This document shows, in pieces, positions 41,246 through 53,079 of a stretch of DNA of 64,000 nt (positions are counted from its first letter, which is position 1; each line of letters opens with the position of its first letter). The notes under the pieces were generated by a model that was given only the letters and a program-made list of their open reading frames with translations, did no database searches and was not told the origin of the DNA. Made by a program: the position numbers and the translations under genes. The DNA is from Candidatus Latescibacterota bacterium (GTDB lineage: Bacteria > Latescibacterota > UBA2968): contig OZ240241.1 of NCBI GenBank assembly GCA_965198115.1, forward strand, positions 2,272,001 through 2,336,000, read 5' to 3'.

Positions 41246-42154
41246 GTGACCGACTCACAGACCAAAGTATTCTTCGAACAAGATGGCTATGTCGTCGTCA
41301 ATGACATCATCGGTGAATCCGAGCTCGACCCCATCCGCACCTTTATTAAAATGAAGGTCGATGACTATGCTCGCGAGCAACGCGCGGAAGGCCAACTCTC
41401 CTCGCTGTATAACGATGCATCATTCGAACGTCGTTATGCGGCTATCTGCGAAGAGTTGGGCATCTCACCCCGCGGCTGGGACCTCGGTTCCTTCGGTCGC
41501 GAATTCTACGATCTCTACACGCTTCCCGGTGTCCTTCACGTCCTCAGTCTCATCCTTGGACCCGAAGTCTCCAACCTCGGCAGTCCGGCGCTGAGAACCA
41601 AGCTGCCAGGCTGTGTCATTACGTCTTTCCCCTGGCATCAGGACAGTCAATACGTCGACCAGAAGAAAGTCGGTGAAAGAGCGAAGCATACCGAACAGCT
41701 TCCAATGGTGACCGTGTGGGTCCCACTGGTCGAGGCGACGGTCGAGAATGGGTGTTGCTGGGTCATTCCTGGCAGTCACCGTTGGGGATTGCTCGACGGA
41801 GCGCGAGGCGAGGACCATAACATCAGAATGGACGAAGACGTTGAAGCCAGGGGTGTCGAGCCCGTTCCTATCCCTCTGAAGCCCGGCGGCGCCCTCTTCA
41901 TGTCGAACCTGTGCATCCACACAAGCAAGGTGAACACCACGGACGAATGTCGATGGAGCATCGACTACCGCTATTTTCCCACCCCTGGACGGGCAGATTT
42001 GGAGTCTGAGCAGGTTGCCGGCGCCGAGTTCGTGCAGAATAAAATTCTGAGCAGTGGCGGCATGCCCCTCATCGTTCTCTCCGAAGGTCCAAAACCGACG
42101 TGGGAAGCGTGGGAGGCGGCGGTCGCTGAGCAGCGGACGATTGTCGCCCGATAA
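41246..42154 (+). CDS. PhyH-family dioxygenase
   Basis: Motifs FEQDGY, WHQD, TVWVPL..ENGC..PGSH, CIHTS and RWS. Confidence 0.92.
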   Translation: MTDSQTKVFFEQDGYVVVNDIIGESELDPIRTFIKMKVDDYAREQRAEGQLSSLYNDASFERRYAAICEELGISPRGWDLGSFGREFYDLYTLPGVLHVLSLILGPEVSNLGSPALRTKLPGCVITSFPWHQDSQYVDQKKVGERAKHTEQLPMVTVWVPLVEATVENGCCWVIPGSHRWGLLDGARGEDHNIRMDEDVEARGVEPVPIPLKPGGALFMSNLCIHTSKVNTTDECRWSIDYRYFPTPGRADLESEQVAGAEFVQNKILSSGGMPLIVLSEGPKPTWEAWEAAVAEQRTIVAR

Positions 42155-42706
42155 GGCGCACGACTGAGCCATGCCGGAAAGAGACCCGCCCGAATCACAC
42201 GTGCGCTCAGATCCCAAAGCCTGGGTCGACCTACACGGGGACTACCTCTTCAGAAATGCGATGCTGCGTGTACGTGACCGAACCCTCGCCGAAGAGCTCC
42301 TTCAGGAAACCTACCTCGCCGCCCTCAAGTCACGGGAAACGTTCACCGGCCGATCCTCCGAGAGGACCTGGCTGATTGGGATCCTCAAGCATAAGGTTAT
42401 CGACCATCTTCGAAGGGCAAGCCGCGAAAGACCCGTTGAGGATATCGAGTCGCTGCCGTGCGAGTTGGAGGGCCCGTTCAACTCAGAAGGCCATCTGCGT
42501 GGTCACTGGAGGGAGTCGGGAGGAATGGGTCCCAAGGACTGGGGAACGACGCCACATTCAAACTTGGAACAGAAGGAATTCTGGGAAATCCTGAAAGCCT
42601 GCCTGAGAGATGTACCTGCCCGCCTAGCCGATGCGTTCATACTACGTGAGATCGATGGTTTAAAAAGTTCAGAAATCTGTAAGATTCTGAACGTAACCTC
42701 GACTAA

Positions 42707-44000
42707 GGGTTCGCGAATAAATAAACGGTCGATCTCAATGTTGAGCCATTGGCCGGATCGTGTAGTTCCAGTCGCCGTGGAAATCGTGCGGAGTGAGATC
42801 GATTTGGGTCATCTGTTCATCGGTCACCTTGACCCCGTTAGGGTAGGGTCGCTTGTCGATCTCGGAGCGTACTCGGAGACCGGCTTGAGTGGTCGTTCCG
42901 GCAATGAGATTCACGGTTGCAGCCAGGCTGACCAGGGGCTTGCCTTGCCAGTTCATAGCGATGAAGGAGAACAGGCGATGTTCGATCTTGTTCCACTTAC
43001 TAGTGCCAGGAGGGTAGTGGCATACGGTGATCGTCAGGCCAGTGCGATTCGCAAAGCGCTGCAGCTCCCACTTCCACAGCCGCGTCTTGGCGCCGTTGCT
43101 GCCGCCTGCGTCCGCCGTGATTAGCAGATGCGTCGAAGTGCCGTAGGCGGGCCGTCCCATGTTCTTCCACCAACTTCGGATCGCATTCACGGCGAAGCTG
43201 GCCGTGTCGTGATCGATACCGACACTTACCCAGCCTTCATCACGGCTCAGATCATACACTCCATAAGGGATCGCCTTGCCCTGAGCAGGCACTATGAAAT
43301 CGTGTACCTTCACACGCTCCGGGTCTCCCTTGGGTCGCCATTCTCGGCCAGGATTCTTGAAGTCGCCGATCAACTCTTTCTTCTTGGTGTCCACCGAGAT
43401 AACGGGAAGGCCCTGCTGCTGCTGCTGGCTAATCCGATCATCGAGGTAAACGAACTGAGCGTCCCGATCCGGGTGTGCAGATCCCTCCCTTGTCTTCCGA
43501 TTCGCCTGCAGCGTGTAATCGTGTTCGTGCAGGAGATTGGCAACGATCCTGGGGCTCACCGAATGCCCCATCGCTTGCAACTCGGCGGCCAGTTTGCGAG
43601 TGCTCTTCGATGTCCATCTCAGAGGATTGTCGTCAGGCGACCCCGCAGTCGTTGGCTCGACCAGATCATTCAGGTCCTGCCACAGCGTCGGGTCCGTGTC
43701 GGCCTTCCGCTTACGACCGCCGCCTGGACGCCGGATGCGAGCCGGGTCCAAAGGTTCGTCCGACCTCAACTCCTGAATGCCACGAAAGATCCGCTCTCTG
43801 GACATTCCTGTCGCCAGAGCCACAATCGCGATCCCACCGTGACCCAACGCTTCGGCTTCCGTGGCGGCCCACAGACGACGCGTGCGTTCCGTCAGCACCG
43901 GAGCCAAGGCTTCATACTTCGTTCGGAGAGTTTCGACGTCCACACTCCGAGCGTAAGATCATTACCTTGAAAAGTGCAGCACTTATTTCGTGGCAAACCC
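42707..44000 (-). mobile_element. ISAzo13-family IS (1294 bp)
   Basis: IRs GGGTTCGCGAATAAATAA / GGGTTTGCCACGAAATAA. 3-bp TSD TAA at 42704-42706 and 44001-44003. Confidence 0.92.
42735..43943 (-). CDS. ISAzo13-family transposase
   Basis: Motifs ISVDTKKKE, PYGVYD, TADAGGSN, PPGTSKWNKIEHRLF and HGDWNY. Confidence 0.95.
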   Translation of the reverse strand: MDVETLRTKYEALAPVLTERTRRLWAATEAEALGHGGIAIVALATGMSRERIFRGIQELRSDEPLDPARIRRPGGGRKRKADTDPTLWQDLNDLVEPTTAGSPDDNPLRWTSKSTRKLAAELQAMGHSVSPRIVANLLHEHDYTLQANRKTREGSAHPDRDAQFVYLDDRISQQQQQGLPVISVDTKKKELIGDFKNPGREWRPKGDPERVKVHDFIVPAQGKAIPYGVYDLSRDEGWVSVGIDHDTASFAVNAIRSWWKNMGRPAYGTSTHLLITADAGGSNGAKTRLWKWELQRFANRTGLTITVCHYPPGTSKWNKIEHRLFSFIAMNWQGKPLVSLAATVNLIAGTTTQAGLRVRSEIDKRPYPNGVKVTDEQMTQIDLTPHDFHGDWNYTIRPMAQH

Positions 44001-44093
44001 TAACCTTGGCGTCATGCTCCATCGCTGCAGGATGCAGCTCCGCCGATGCCTCGAACTGAAGTGGCTCCAACCAAACGAGGAACGGAGTCGAGA

Positions 44094-44399
44094 ATGATCA
44101 CATTGTCAGGCATCGTCAGAAGATTGTTCGAGACCAGGCTCCTTTCCTGCGATGTTGTCGCCAAGATGATATCCGATCGGTTGGACGGGGCAGGGTTGAG
44201 TTTCACAGAAACGCTCAAACTCAGGCTGCATCTACGCATTTGCAGGTGGTGTCAGCGCTACCTCGATCAGGTCAACCGGATTCACGAGGCTGCTCAGAAC
44301 CACGACCAGAGAGTGGGGGATGCAGATGAAGTCCTCTCTGCAGAAGAGCGGGTGCGCCTGCAGAGCCTTCTCGATGCCGATTCCTCAGACACTCGGTAA
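44094..44399 (+). CDS. zf-HC2 anti-sigma factor
   Basis: C...HLRICRWC motif. ATGA-coupled to the sigma stop. Confidence 0.85.
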   Translation: MITLSGIVRRLFETRLLSCDVVAKMISDRLDGAGLSFTETLKLRLHLRICRWCQRYLDQVNRIHEAAQNHDQRVGDADEVLSAEERVRLQSLLDADSSDTR

Positions 44400-44607
44400 C
44401 CGAGTCACCCTACGACAAGCCCTGTAGCAAGTTGTCTTGCGAGGGCTATCCAACCTCCGATCGCAGACACTCACCAGTTCGTCTTTTTTCGATTTCGGTG
44501 TAAGAATTTCGGTCCCTGTCCGACCAATGATCAGGCAGGAGATCCGGAACAGATACGCAACGACGCTCATCCATCTCCTACCGTCTTGACCCTAGAGAGG
44601 AACTGCT

Positions 44608-46247
44608 ATGAAGGCCTCGGACCTTTTTGTGAAAGCGCTGGAAGCCGAAGGTGTGGAATTCATCTTCGGAATCCCTGGGGAAGAAAACCTGGATTTCCTG
44701 AACTCTCTCCGAGGTTCCAGCATCAGGCTCATCCTGACACGTCACGAGCAGGCAGCCGGTTTCATGGCCGCAACCTACGGACGACTGACGGGTAAAGCTG
44801 GAGTCTGTCTCAGCACGCTCGGGCCGGGCGCGACCAATCTGGTCACTGCTGCCGCCTACGCGGAACTGGGCGCCATGCCCATGGTGATGCTCACCGGTCA
44901 GAAACCAATCAAATCAAGCAAGCAGGGGCAGTTTCAGATCGTCGACATTGTCGACACGATGAGGCCTCTCACCAAATACACCACCCAGATCCCGAGTGGG
45001 GACAGCATTCCCTCTCGTGTTCGTGAAGCCTTTCGACTCGCCCAGATCGAGCGACCCGGGGCCACTCACCTGGAGTTGCCCGAAGACATCGCTGCCGAGG
45101 AAACCGACGAAAACGTGATACCCCAATCTCAGAACCGACGTTCCATCGCCGAGGACAAGGCAATCAGATGGGCGACCGAGATGATCGAAGAGGCAAAGCA
45201 CCCCCTCATCATGATCGGAGCAGGGGCGAATCGGAAGCTCACAGCGCGAATGCTGCTTCGGGAATCGACAAGACCGGAATCCCTTTCATCAGCTCGCAGA
45301 TGGGGAAGGGCGTCGTCGATGAGCGCGACCCGCTCTTCCTGGGGAATGCGGCCCTGTCTGATAACGACTTTTTGCACCGCGCCATAGAGAAGGCGGATCT
45401 GCTGATCAACGTCGGCCACGATGTCGTCGAGAAACCGCCTTTTTTCATGAAACCCGGTGGCTTCAAAGTGATTCACGTCAACTTCTCACCCGCAGAAGTC
45501 GATCCCGTTTATTTCCCGCAGGTTGAGGTCGTCGGCGACATCGCAAACAGCATCTGGCAGATCAAGGAACGCATCCAAACGCAGAATACGTGGGACTTCT
45601 CCTATTTCATGAAAGTCGGGGAAGCAGTCGAAGCGCATCTACTAGAGGGTGCCGACGACGACCGCTTTCCCGTATACCCGCAGCGCCTGCTCGCCGATGT
45701 CCGAAAGGTGATGCCATCCGATGGTATCATTGCTCTGGACAACGGAGTCTAAAAAATCTGGTTCGCCAGGAATTACAAGGCTCATCAGTCGAACACTGTC
45801 CTGCTGGACAATGCGCTGGCGACGATGGGTGCAGGACTTCCGTCGGCGATGGCCGCTCGTCTCGTCTGTCCCGACCGCAGGGTCATGGCTATCTGCGGAG
45901 ACGGTGGGTTCATGATGAACTCCCAGGAACTGGAAACAGCGGTTCGACTGAAGATGGACCTGGTCGTGTTGATCCTGAACGACAGCGCCTATGGCATGAT
46001 CAAATGGAAGCAGGCGAACATGAACTTCCCCGACTTCGGACTGGACTATGACAATCCGGATTTCGTCAAGTATGCCGAAAGCTATGGCGCACACGGTCAC
46101 CGCGTGGAGAGCTCGGACCAGCTACGACCGCTGATGGAGGCGTGCTTCGAAAATTCGGGTGTTCATCTTATCGACTGTCCGGTGGACTATTCAGAGAACG
46201 ACCGGATTCTGAACCGCGAGATCAGAGAGAAGAGCAAGCTGGTGTAG
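44608..46247 (+). pseudogene. acetolactate synthase large-subunit-like TPP enzyme, with a frameshift and a nonsense codon
   Basis: Motifs FGIPGEEN, RHEQ, TLGPG and GDGG..N. Frameshift near 45260. DNGV*KIWF has TAA at 45750-45752. Confidence 0.9.
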
Positions 46248-46260
46248 CGCTCGGAGGAGC

Positions 46261-47687
46261 ATGGCAGTGCAGACATTCCCCTTGATGATACCTGGAGCGA
46301 CGACCGATGACGGCGAACTCGACGTATTCGCGCCTTTCGATCGGTCCCTCATCGCCACAGCTGTCGCCGCCGACGGCCAAGCCGCGGACAGAGCACTGGA
46401 AACCGCCAACGGTCTCATTCGGAATCGGGACGCCTGGCTGAAACCCTACGAGCGCATCGAGATTCTCGACAGAGCTGCGGGGATCATGTCGGACCGGGCG
46501 GACGAGCTGGCCCTGGAGGCGGCGCGAGAGGGTGGAAAGCCATTGATCGACTCGAAAGTGGAAGTCGCAAGGGCGATTGACGGCGTCAGGAACTGCATCG
46601 AAGTGTTGCGCACGGAGGGCGGCAGGGAAGTTCCCATGAACCTGAACGCAGCCTCGGCAGGTCGTGCCGCCTTCACGAGGAAAGAGCCGATCGGCGTTGT
46701 TGTCGCTGTCAGCGCCTTCAACCATCCCTTGAACCTGATCGTTCACCAGGTCGGTCCCGCCGTAACTACTGGATGTCCGGTCATCGTCAAACCAGCCGAC
46801 GATACGCCCCTATCCTGTTTCAGGTTTGTCGAAATCCTCCGAGAGGCCGGTCTCCCGGATGAGTGGTGTCAAGCTCTGGTTGTGAAAGATTTGAGCGTCG
46901 CCACCCAACTCGTGACGGATCAGCGCGTCGGCTTCTTCTCTTTCATCGGAAGCGCGCCCGTCGGCTGGATGCTGCGCTCCAAGCTGGCGCCCGGAACCCG
47001 GTGCGCCCTCGAACACGGAGGCGCAGCCCCCGTCATCGTCGCAGCGGACGCTGACCTGGATGAGACCATCCCTCTGATAACGAAGGGAGGGTTCTACCAC
47101 GCGGGCCAAGTCTGCGTCTCGGTCCAGAGGATCTTTGCCCACGCGTCGATCGCGAAAGACCTCGTGGACAGACTGGCCCATCCGCATCAAACCTCCAACT
47201 CGGCGATCCCACGTGTGCCGATACCGAAGTGGGACCTCTCATCAGACCTCGCGAGGTCGATCGGGTGGAGGAATGGGTCAACGAGGCCGTCGACGCTGGG
47301 GCCGTTCTTTCGACCGGTGGCGAGCGCATATCAGACACGTGCTACGCGTGTACCGTGCTTCTCGACCCCCCCGATCACGTCGAAGTCAGTCAATCAGAGA
47401 TATTCGGTCCTGTCGTCTGCGTGAACACCTATCACGACCTCGACGACGCAATCGATCGGGCGAACGCGATCCCTTATGCCTTTCAAGCATCGGTGTTTAC
47501 GGGCCACAGAGCGTCCTCGCGGCTGGATGCGTCAGCTGTCATGATCAACGATCACTCCGCTTTCAGGGTCGATTGGATGCCGTTCGCCGGTATCAAGCAG
47601 TCGGGACTCGCTGTCGGTGGCATTCCTTATACGATGCACGATATGCAAATTGAGAAGATGACGGTCTGGCGATCCAGGGAGCTTTGA
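46261..47687 (+). pseudogene. aldehyde dehydrogenase, frameshifted
   Basis: Motifs FNHP, KPA, FIGS, LEHGG and GQVC. EIFGP and PFAGIKQSG are in the next frame after about 47180. Confidence 0.9.
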
Positions 47688-47807
47688 GCTTAGAGGCGGG
47701 TTTCTGAAAAGCAGCGAACTTTGTTCGAGGGCCCTTGAACAAGAAAGGGGCGACGCAATTGGCCTCGCTCCAGCATCACTTGAACACATTTCGAAAGGAT
47801 GGTTGGC

Positions 47808-48235
47808 ATGGCGGTTTCAGAAGCAGTCTTGAACACACAAGGGACAGGTGAATTCGCAGAGTACGGCAACGGCTCACGCGCAGAGATCGCCGTCGGGGGC
47901 TCGCAGAGTGACGGTGAGTACGCCGTCGTCAGATATCACGTCGCTTCGGGTGATGAGCCTCCACTGCACACGCACACCAAGGAAGACGAGATGGTTTTCG
48001 TAGAGGAAGGCGAGGTGACTGCCTTCGTCGGTGATTCTCGCGTCGATGTGGGCCCAGGTGCATTCGCAGCCCTACCCCGTGGTGTTCCCACACGATTCGC
48101 GTCAAGGGCGACTCCGCGAAACTCATCCTCACCCTCTTGCCGGCGGGTGTCGAACGGTTCTTCGTACCCGAGTCCGATGAGGACGCCGACCCTGCCAAGT
48201 TCGGCCTGGAGATCCACGGCTCGCCCCCGGCGTAA
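47808..48235 (+). pseudogene. cupin domain protein, frameshifted
   Basis: PPLHTHTKEDE..V.EG, then LPRGVP[H] with a shift near 48090. Confidence 0.8.
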
Positions 48236-48277
48236 CACCGGACATCGAGACCGCGAACGAACCTTATCAATAGCTCG

Positions 48278-48307
48278 GCGGGGCCTCTCGACATCGAGAG
48301 GCCCCGC
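48278..48307 (+). terminator. strong GC hairpin (terminator or mRNA stabiliser)
   Basis: GCGGGGCCTCTCGA-CA-TCGAGAGGCCCCGC, with no U-tract. Confidence 0.4.
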
Positions 48308-48330
48308 TGACCGAACCGGCGGAGGAGCAG

Positions 48331-49078
48331 ATGGAGCTCAACGAAAAGCAACTCGAGATGTGCACGACAAGTCAGTGGGATTTCTCAGATCTGAACGCCT
48401 TGTTCTTGAATTGCACGATGAAGCGTTCACCCGAAATGTCCCATACGCGAGGACTGATCGACATCTCGAAAGCCATCAAGGAGAAGAATGGCGTGACGGT
48501 CGAGGTCTTGCGGCCGATCGATTACGACATTGCCACCGGTGTGTGGCCGGACATGACCGAACACGGATGGGAGAAAGACGACTGGCCGGAGATCTACGAA
48601 AAGGTGAAGGCGGCGCACATTCTGGTGTTGACCTCTTCGATCTGGCTGGGCGAGAAAACCTCTGTTTGCACGCAAGTGATCGAGCGACTCTACTCGACGT
48701 CGGGCGACCTGAACGAACACGGTCAATATGCCTACTACGGGCGCGTGGGAGGCTGCCTTATCACGGGCAATGAGGATGGGGCGAAGCATTGTTCGATGAT
48801 CATTACTGTATTCGCTCTCACACCTGGGCTATGTGATCCCTCCACAAGCCGATTCCGGATGGCTTGGAACCGTTGGCCCCGGACCCTCCTACCTGGATCC
48901 CGGATCGGGAGGTCCCGAGAACGACTTTACCAATCGAAACACAACGTTCATGACCTGGAATCTGATGCACATGGCCCGGATGATCAAAGATGCCGGCGGC
49001 ATTCCGGCCCACGGAAATCAGCGGTCCGCCTGGGAGGCCGGCTGCAGGTTCGACTATCCCAATCCCGAACACCGTTGA
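48331..49078 (+). pseudogene. flavodoxin-family (NADPH-dependent FMN reductase-like) protein, frameshifted
   Basis: Motifs NCTMK..SHT, SIWLG and TGNEDG. The C-terminus IPPQAD..WNLMH..PNPEHR is in another frame. Confidence 0.85.
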
Positions 49079-49200
49079 CAGACTCCCATCGATGCCTCCC
49101 GGCAGGTCCGCTTTACGCTTGTATACAACGGAACGAATTCAGAGGTTACCTCTCACTGACATGAGGATCTGTTCATCTCAGGTGAGAGGTACACGCCATC

Positions 49201-49983
49201 GTGGGCACGCTTCACTGGACGGTCGATCACAGCGACCACACTGCAGATCAGTGGGATTACATTGGGGAATTCTCAGATCCGCTTGCAAAGGCGCTCGCTT
49301 CCACACCTATTGATCCCACATCCACGAGCAAGATCCATCGCTACACCATCCTGCCCAACTTCTGGTCAGGTTTCAATCGGGAAGCCGATGTTTCCCCAGA
49401 CTTGAGCATCGGCAGCCTATCTATTGAAAGAACACGATCCGAGTCCCATTGGACCTACCACGTCGAACACGTCAACGTCGCCAGCGGCGAGCTCCTGACG
49501 CTCGATTTCACCTGCGAGGATGAGCCACTTAGACCACTACGCAGCCCCTGGCGGATCCAGACAACGAACAACGCTGACGGCTCCTATAGCGCCATCGATT
49601 GGGCAGGTTCGGTCGATGATACTACCATCACGCTGACGACCTCAGGTGGCCTCTCGTTCCCTGCCGGTTCCGTACTCGATCCAGCGCGGCTGACCTGTCT
49701 CTGGGCCCTCGTCGACGTCCTTCCGGCATTGAACGGCCGCTCGCTCGAGAAGCTTTCCGTTCTCGATGATCTCGAAATCCTGAAGCCCGGCAGCCAGGTT
49801 CGACCCCTCGAAACCTGGACGCTCGAAGCAGGTGAAGCGCGTCATACGATGCAGGGTTATTCGCTTTTGGGCGATGGGTTACCGCCCTGCTACTGGTGGG
49901 TCACCGACACGGGCGATGTCGCGGCCGTCTCCACGATCCTGTCCACCTACGTTCTGACGGAACGGGGACACGGGGATGGCTGA
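49201..49983 (+). CDS. hypothetical protein
   Basis: 260-aa ORF with host-like codon usage, overlapping the sulfatase start. Confidence 0.7.
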   Translation: MGTLHWTVDHSDHTADQWDYIGEFSDPLAKALASTPIDPTSTSKIHRYTILPNFWSGFNREADVSPDLSIGSLSIERTRSESHWTYHVEHVNVASGELLTLDFTCEDEPLRPLRSPWRIQTTNNADGSYSAIDWAGSVDDTTITLTTSGGLSFPAGSVLDPARLTCLWALVDVLPALNGRSLEKLSVLDDLEILKPGSQVRPLETWTLEAGEARHTMQGYSLLGDGLPPCYWWVTDTGDVAAVSTILSTYVLTERGHGDG

Positions 49984-51409
49984 TCGACCGAACATCCTCT
50001 TCATCAACACCGACCAGCACACGTGGAACGCCCTTTCCGCCTACGGCAACACCCACATCCGCACCCCCCACATCGATCGTCTTCACCGGAACGGCATCTC
50101 TTTCATGCGCAGCTACTGCACCGACCCGGTCTGCGCCGCATCCCGCGCCAGTTGGATGACGGGTCGCTACTCGTCCGAGACCGGTGTCCCGTTCAACGGC
50201 GGACTGATGCACGAGGACATCCCCGACCTCGGACAGATCCTCATTCGTAACGGCTACGACGCCATCCACTGCGGCAAGTGGCACGTGGACGGCCGACCCG
50301 TGCGTGAAAGCTTTCACAATCTCTACATCGGCCAGCGAGACATCGGGGCCGGGGCCGCCGAGTATTACGATCGGGTCTCGACCCGCGCGTGGGTCGACTT
50401 TCTCGAGCGTCACGATCCGGCGAAACCGTTTTACCTCCACATCGGTCTCGTCAACCCCCACGACATCTGTGAGTACCAACACAATCACGAGGTCAAGACG
50501 ATCCCGGGTCCGGTCGAACAGGGGCTCCTGGCACCCGAGGAGCTCCCGCACCTTCCAGAGAACTTCGCCTACGACGAACGCGAAACGGTCGTCCAGCAGG
50601 TCTTCCGTCGCGGCGATCATCCCCTGATTCACCACTCAATCGAGAACGGGATCCGCGATTGGACGGAACTTCAGTGGCGCTTCATGATCTGGAACCACCA
50701 TCGATTCACGGAGGCGGCCGATCAGCAAGTGGGGCTCATCCTGAACGCCCTCGAAGGAAGCCGCTTCCGCGACAACACCCTCATCATCTTCATGGGCGAC
50801 CACGGTGAAGCCTACGGCCATCACCGAACGTTCCAGAAATTCGCGCTCTACGAGGAGAGCATCCGAGTGCCCACCATCGTCGCGTCGCTGGGCGAGCAAC
50901 TCGACGTCCAACGAGAGGTCTTCGGCCGGGAGCATTTCATCTCAGGCGCGGATCTACTGCCCACGGTCCTGGACTACGCGGGTGCGGACCCCCCGGGCGA
51001 GGTGCAGGGATCGAGCATCCGGCCGCTGATCGAGGGCAGAGATGTCCCCTGGCGGGACTTCGTCTTCGTGGAAAGCAACTATTGGGGACGCGCGATCGTC
51101 ACCGACCGCTTCAAGTATGTGACGGAGTATCGGCCGAAGGAAGAAGAGGATTTCGTTCCACCCGGACCCGATGAGAGCGAGCTTGGCCTGGAACAGCTGT
51201 TCGACCTCGAGATCGACCCCTGGGAGACACGCAATCTTGTCGGGGAGTCAGAACTGGCTGACGTTGTGGCAGACTGTCGCTCGAAGCTCCTCGATCACGA
51301 AGCGGGACTCGATCGCCGTCCTCTTCGAGAAGGTCCACCACAAAACAAGGTGCGAGAATGGGGCCAGGCACTACGTAACCGTTGGTTACGAGAGGATAAC
51401 CAATCTTAG
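49976..51409 (+). CDS. S1 sulfatase (CxAxR motif)
   Basis: Motifs NTDQH, CAASR, GKWH, GDHG and K..LYEESIRVP. Confidence 0.92.
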   Translation: MADRPNILFINTDQHTWNALSAYGNTHIRTPHIDRLHRNGISFMRSYCTDPVCAASRASWMTGRYSSETGVPFNGGLMHEDIPDLGQILIRNGYDAIHCGKWHVDGRPVRESFHNLYIGQRDIGAGAAEYYDRVSTRAWVDFLERHDPAKPFYLHIGLVNPHDICEYQHNHEVKTIPGPVEQGLLAPEELPHLPENFAYDERETVVQQVFRRGDHPLIHHSIENGIRDWTELQWRFMIWNHHRFTEAADQQVGLILNALEGSRFRDNTLIIFMGDHGEAYGHHRTFQKFALYEESIRVPTIVASLGEQLDVQREVFGREHFISGADLLPTVLDYAGADPPGEVQGSSIRPLIEGRDVPWRDFVFVESNYWGRAIVTDRFKYVTEYRPKEEEDFVPPGPDESELGLEQLFDLEIDPWETRNLVGESELADVVADCRSKLLDHEAGLDRRPLREGPPQNKVREWGQALRNRWLREDNQS

Positions 51410-51445
51410 GGACACGGATGCCGTGTGGTGAGGTCCCTATCCTAG

Positions 51446-52999
51446 GAGCCTGTCGGAGTACCCAGCCGGAGGAAGATTTCGTATTGTAGAAGTGCGATCA
51501 AGGTTCCGACTCTGAATTGGAAGTTTCCGTTGAGCACTTCTACTCGGTTTCGTGTCTACAATCCGGCTCAGTTGATGTTGCTGCCTCCGGATCTCCGGAG
51601 TTGGCTTCCCAAGGGTCATCCGACCTACTTCATTCTGGATATCGTCGGACAACTTGATTTGTCCGCGATCTACGAGACCTACGATGGGTCTCAAGGTGGC
51701 CAGCCACCGTATGATCCCCGGATGATGGTGAGCCTACTGCTGTATGGTTACTGTGAAGGCATCAGGAGTTCCCGCAAGATCGAGCGTGCGACCTATGACT
51801 CGGTTGCTTTCCGTGTGCTCAGCCTGGATCAGCATCCTGATCACGACACGATATCGACCTTTCGTCAACGGCATCTGGATGCCCTCTCAGGTCTGTTCAG
51901 GCAAGTGCTGTGTCTCTGCGTGAAGGCAGGTCTGGTGAAGCTGGGACACGTGGCGTTGGATGGCACGAAAGTCAAAGCAAATGCCTCAAAACACAAAGCG
52001 ATGAGCTACGGCCGGATGAAGAAGAAAGAAGCCGAGATCGAGGCCGAAGTGCGCAGACTCTTGACCGAGGCCGAAGCCACTGACGCGGCCGAAGACGAAC
52101 TCTACGGAAAGGACAACCGCGGCGACGAGTTGCCCGAGGAGTTGCAGCACCGGGAGACTCGACTCAAAGTAATCCGCGACGCAATAGCCGAGATCGAAGC
52201 CGAAGCGGAGGCTGAGTTTCCTGAGAAGCAGGCAGCGTATGAAGAGAAGGTAAAGGCCCGGGAGCGCCGCGGCGGTCGTGGACGTAAGCCCAAGCCTCCA
52301 TCGAAAGAGCCCGACTGAAAGGAACAACTGAACTTCACCGATCCCGACTCACGGATCATGGTCTCAGGGGGCCAATTCCTTCAAGCCTACAACTGCCAAG
52401 CTGCTGTGGATGACAAGGCCCAGATTGTCGTTGCTGCCGACGTCACCCAAGAAGCTAATGACAAGAACCAGATGACACCTATGGTCAACCAGATCAGAGC
52501 GAATATGGGCGGCACGACACCCAAGCACCTCACTGCCGACACCGGATACTTCAACCAAAGTCAGGTCGATCAGGTTCAATCAGATGGCGTCGACCTCTAT
52601 GTGGCGACGACAAAACAGAAACATGGAACGCCCATCGCGACCTGCCCCAGGGGACGGATCCCCAAGGGCGCAACGACGAAAGACAAAATGGCGAGAAAGC
52701 TTCTCACACAGAAAGGTCGCTGCACCTACTGGAAAAGAAAACAGATCATCGAACCCGTGTTTGGACAGATCAAATCCGTTCGGAACTTCACCCGATTCTC
52801 ATTCCGCCGAATCCACAAAGTCATCAGAGAATGGAACCTGATCTGTCTCACACACAACCTTCTGAAACTCTATCGACTCTCATTGGCTACCTGATCCCGA
52901 AGAGGAACTCGGCTCAAGGAAAAAACGAAGGTAACCGGTCGCTGACAGACTCAGCTGGACTTAATCTCAACGAGCTTCCGGGTGTAACCCGACAGGCTC
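51446..52999 (+). mobile_element. IS1182-family IS (1554 bp)
   Basis: IRs GAGCCTGTCGG / CCGACAGGCTC. TSD CTAG at 51442-51445 and 53000-53003. Confidence 0.92.
51530..52894 (+). pseudogene. IS1182-family transposase with an in-frame TGA
   Basis: Motifs GQPPYDPRMM, SSRKIER, PDHDTI, ALDGTK, NFTDPDSRIM, ADTGY and EPVFGQIK. TGA at 52316-52318. Confidence 0.92.
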
Positions 53000-53079
53000 C
53001 TAGTTGAAACTTAAAGGGCTCCAAACTTACGTTGTGGGTAGACGTGTGAGAGCGTGTACCCGTAAGAAAGGAGCCCACG

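Larger units (their letters stand above)
42171..44097 (+). pseudogene. ECF sigma-70 factor interrupted by ISAzo13
   Basis: Region 2: AEELLQET..TWLIGILKHK. Region 4 is split. Removing the IS restores NVTSTNLGVMLHRCRMQLRRCLELKW..., ending at TGA 44095-44097. Confidence 0.92.

Noticed and set aside
480-45752. Stop-codon reassignment (TAA at expected Tyr positions 480 and 45750)
   Set aside because: All three stop types occur as internal stops, and where the expected residue is clear each is one substitution from it. TAA is also a true terminator: the paralogs ending at 38402 (TAA) and 39211 (TAG) stop at the same residue.
52316-52318. Selenocysteine or readthrough TGA in the IS1182 transposase
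   Set aside because: It is not at a Cys-equivalent catalytic position and no SECIS-like hairpin is evident. A nonsense mutation is simpler.
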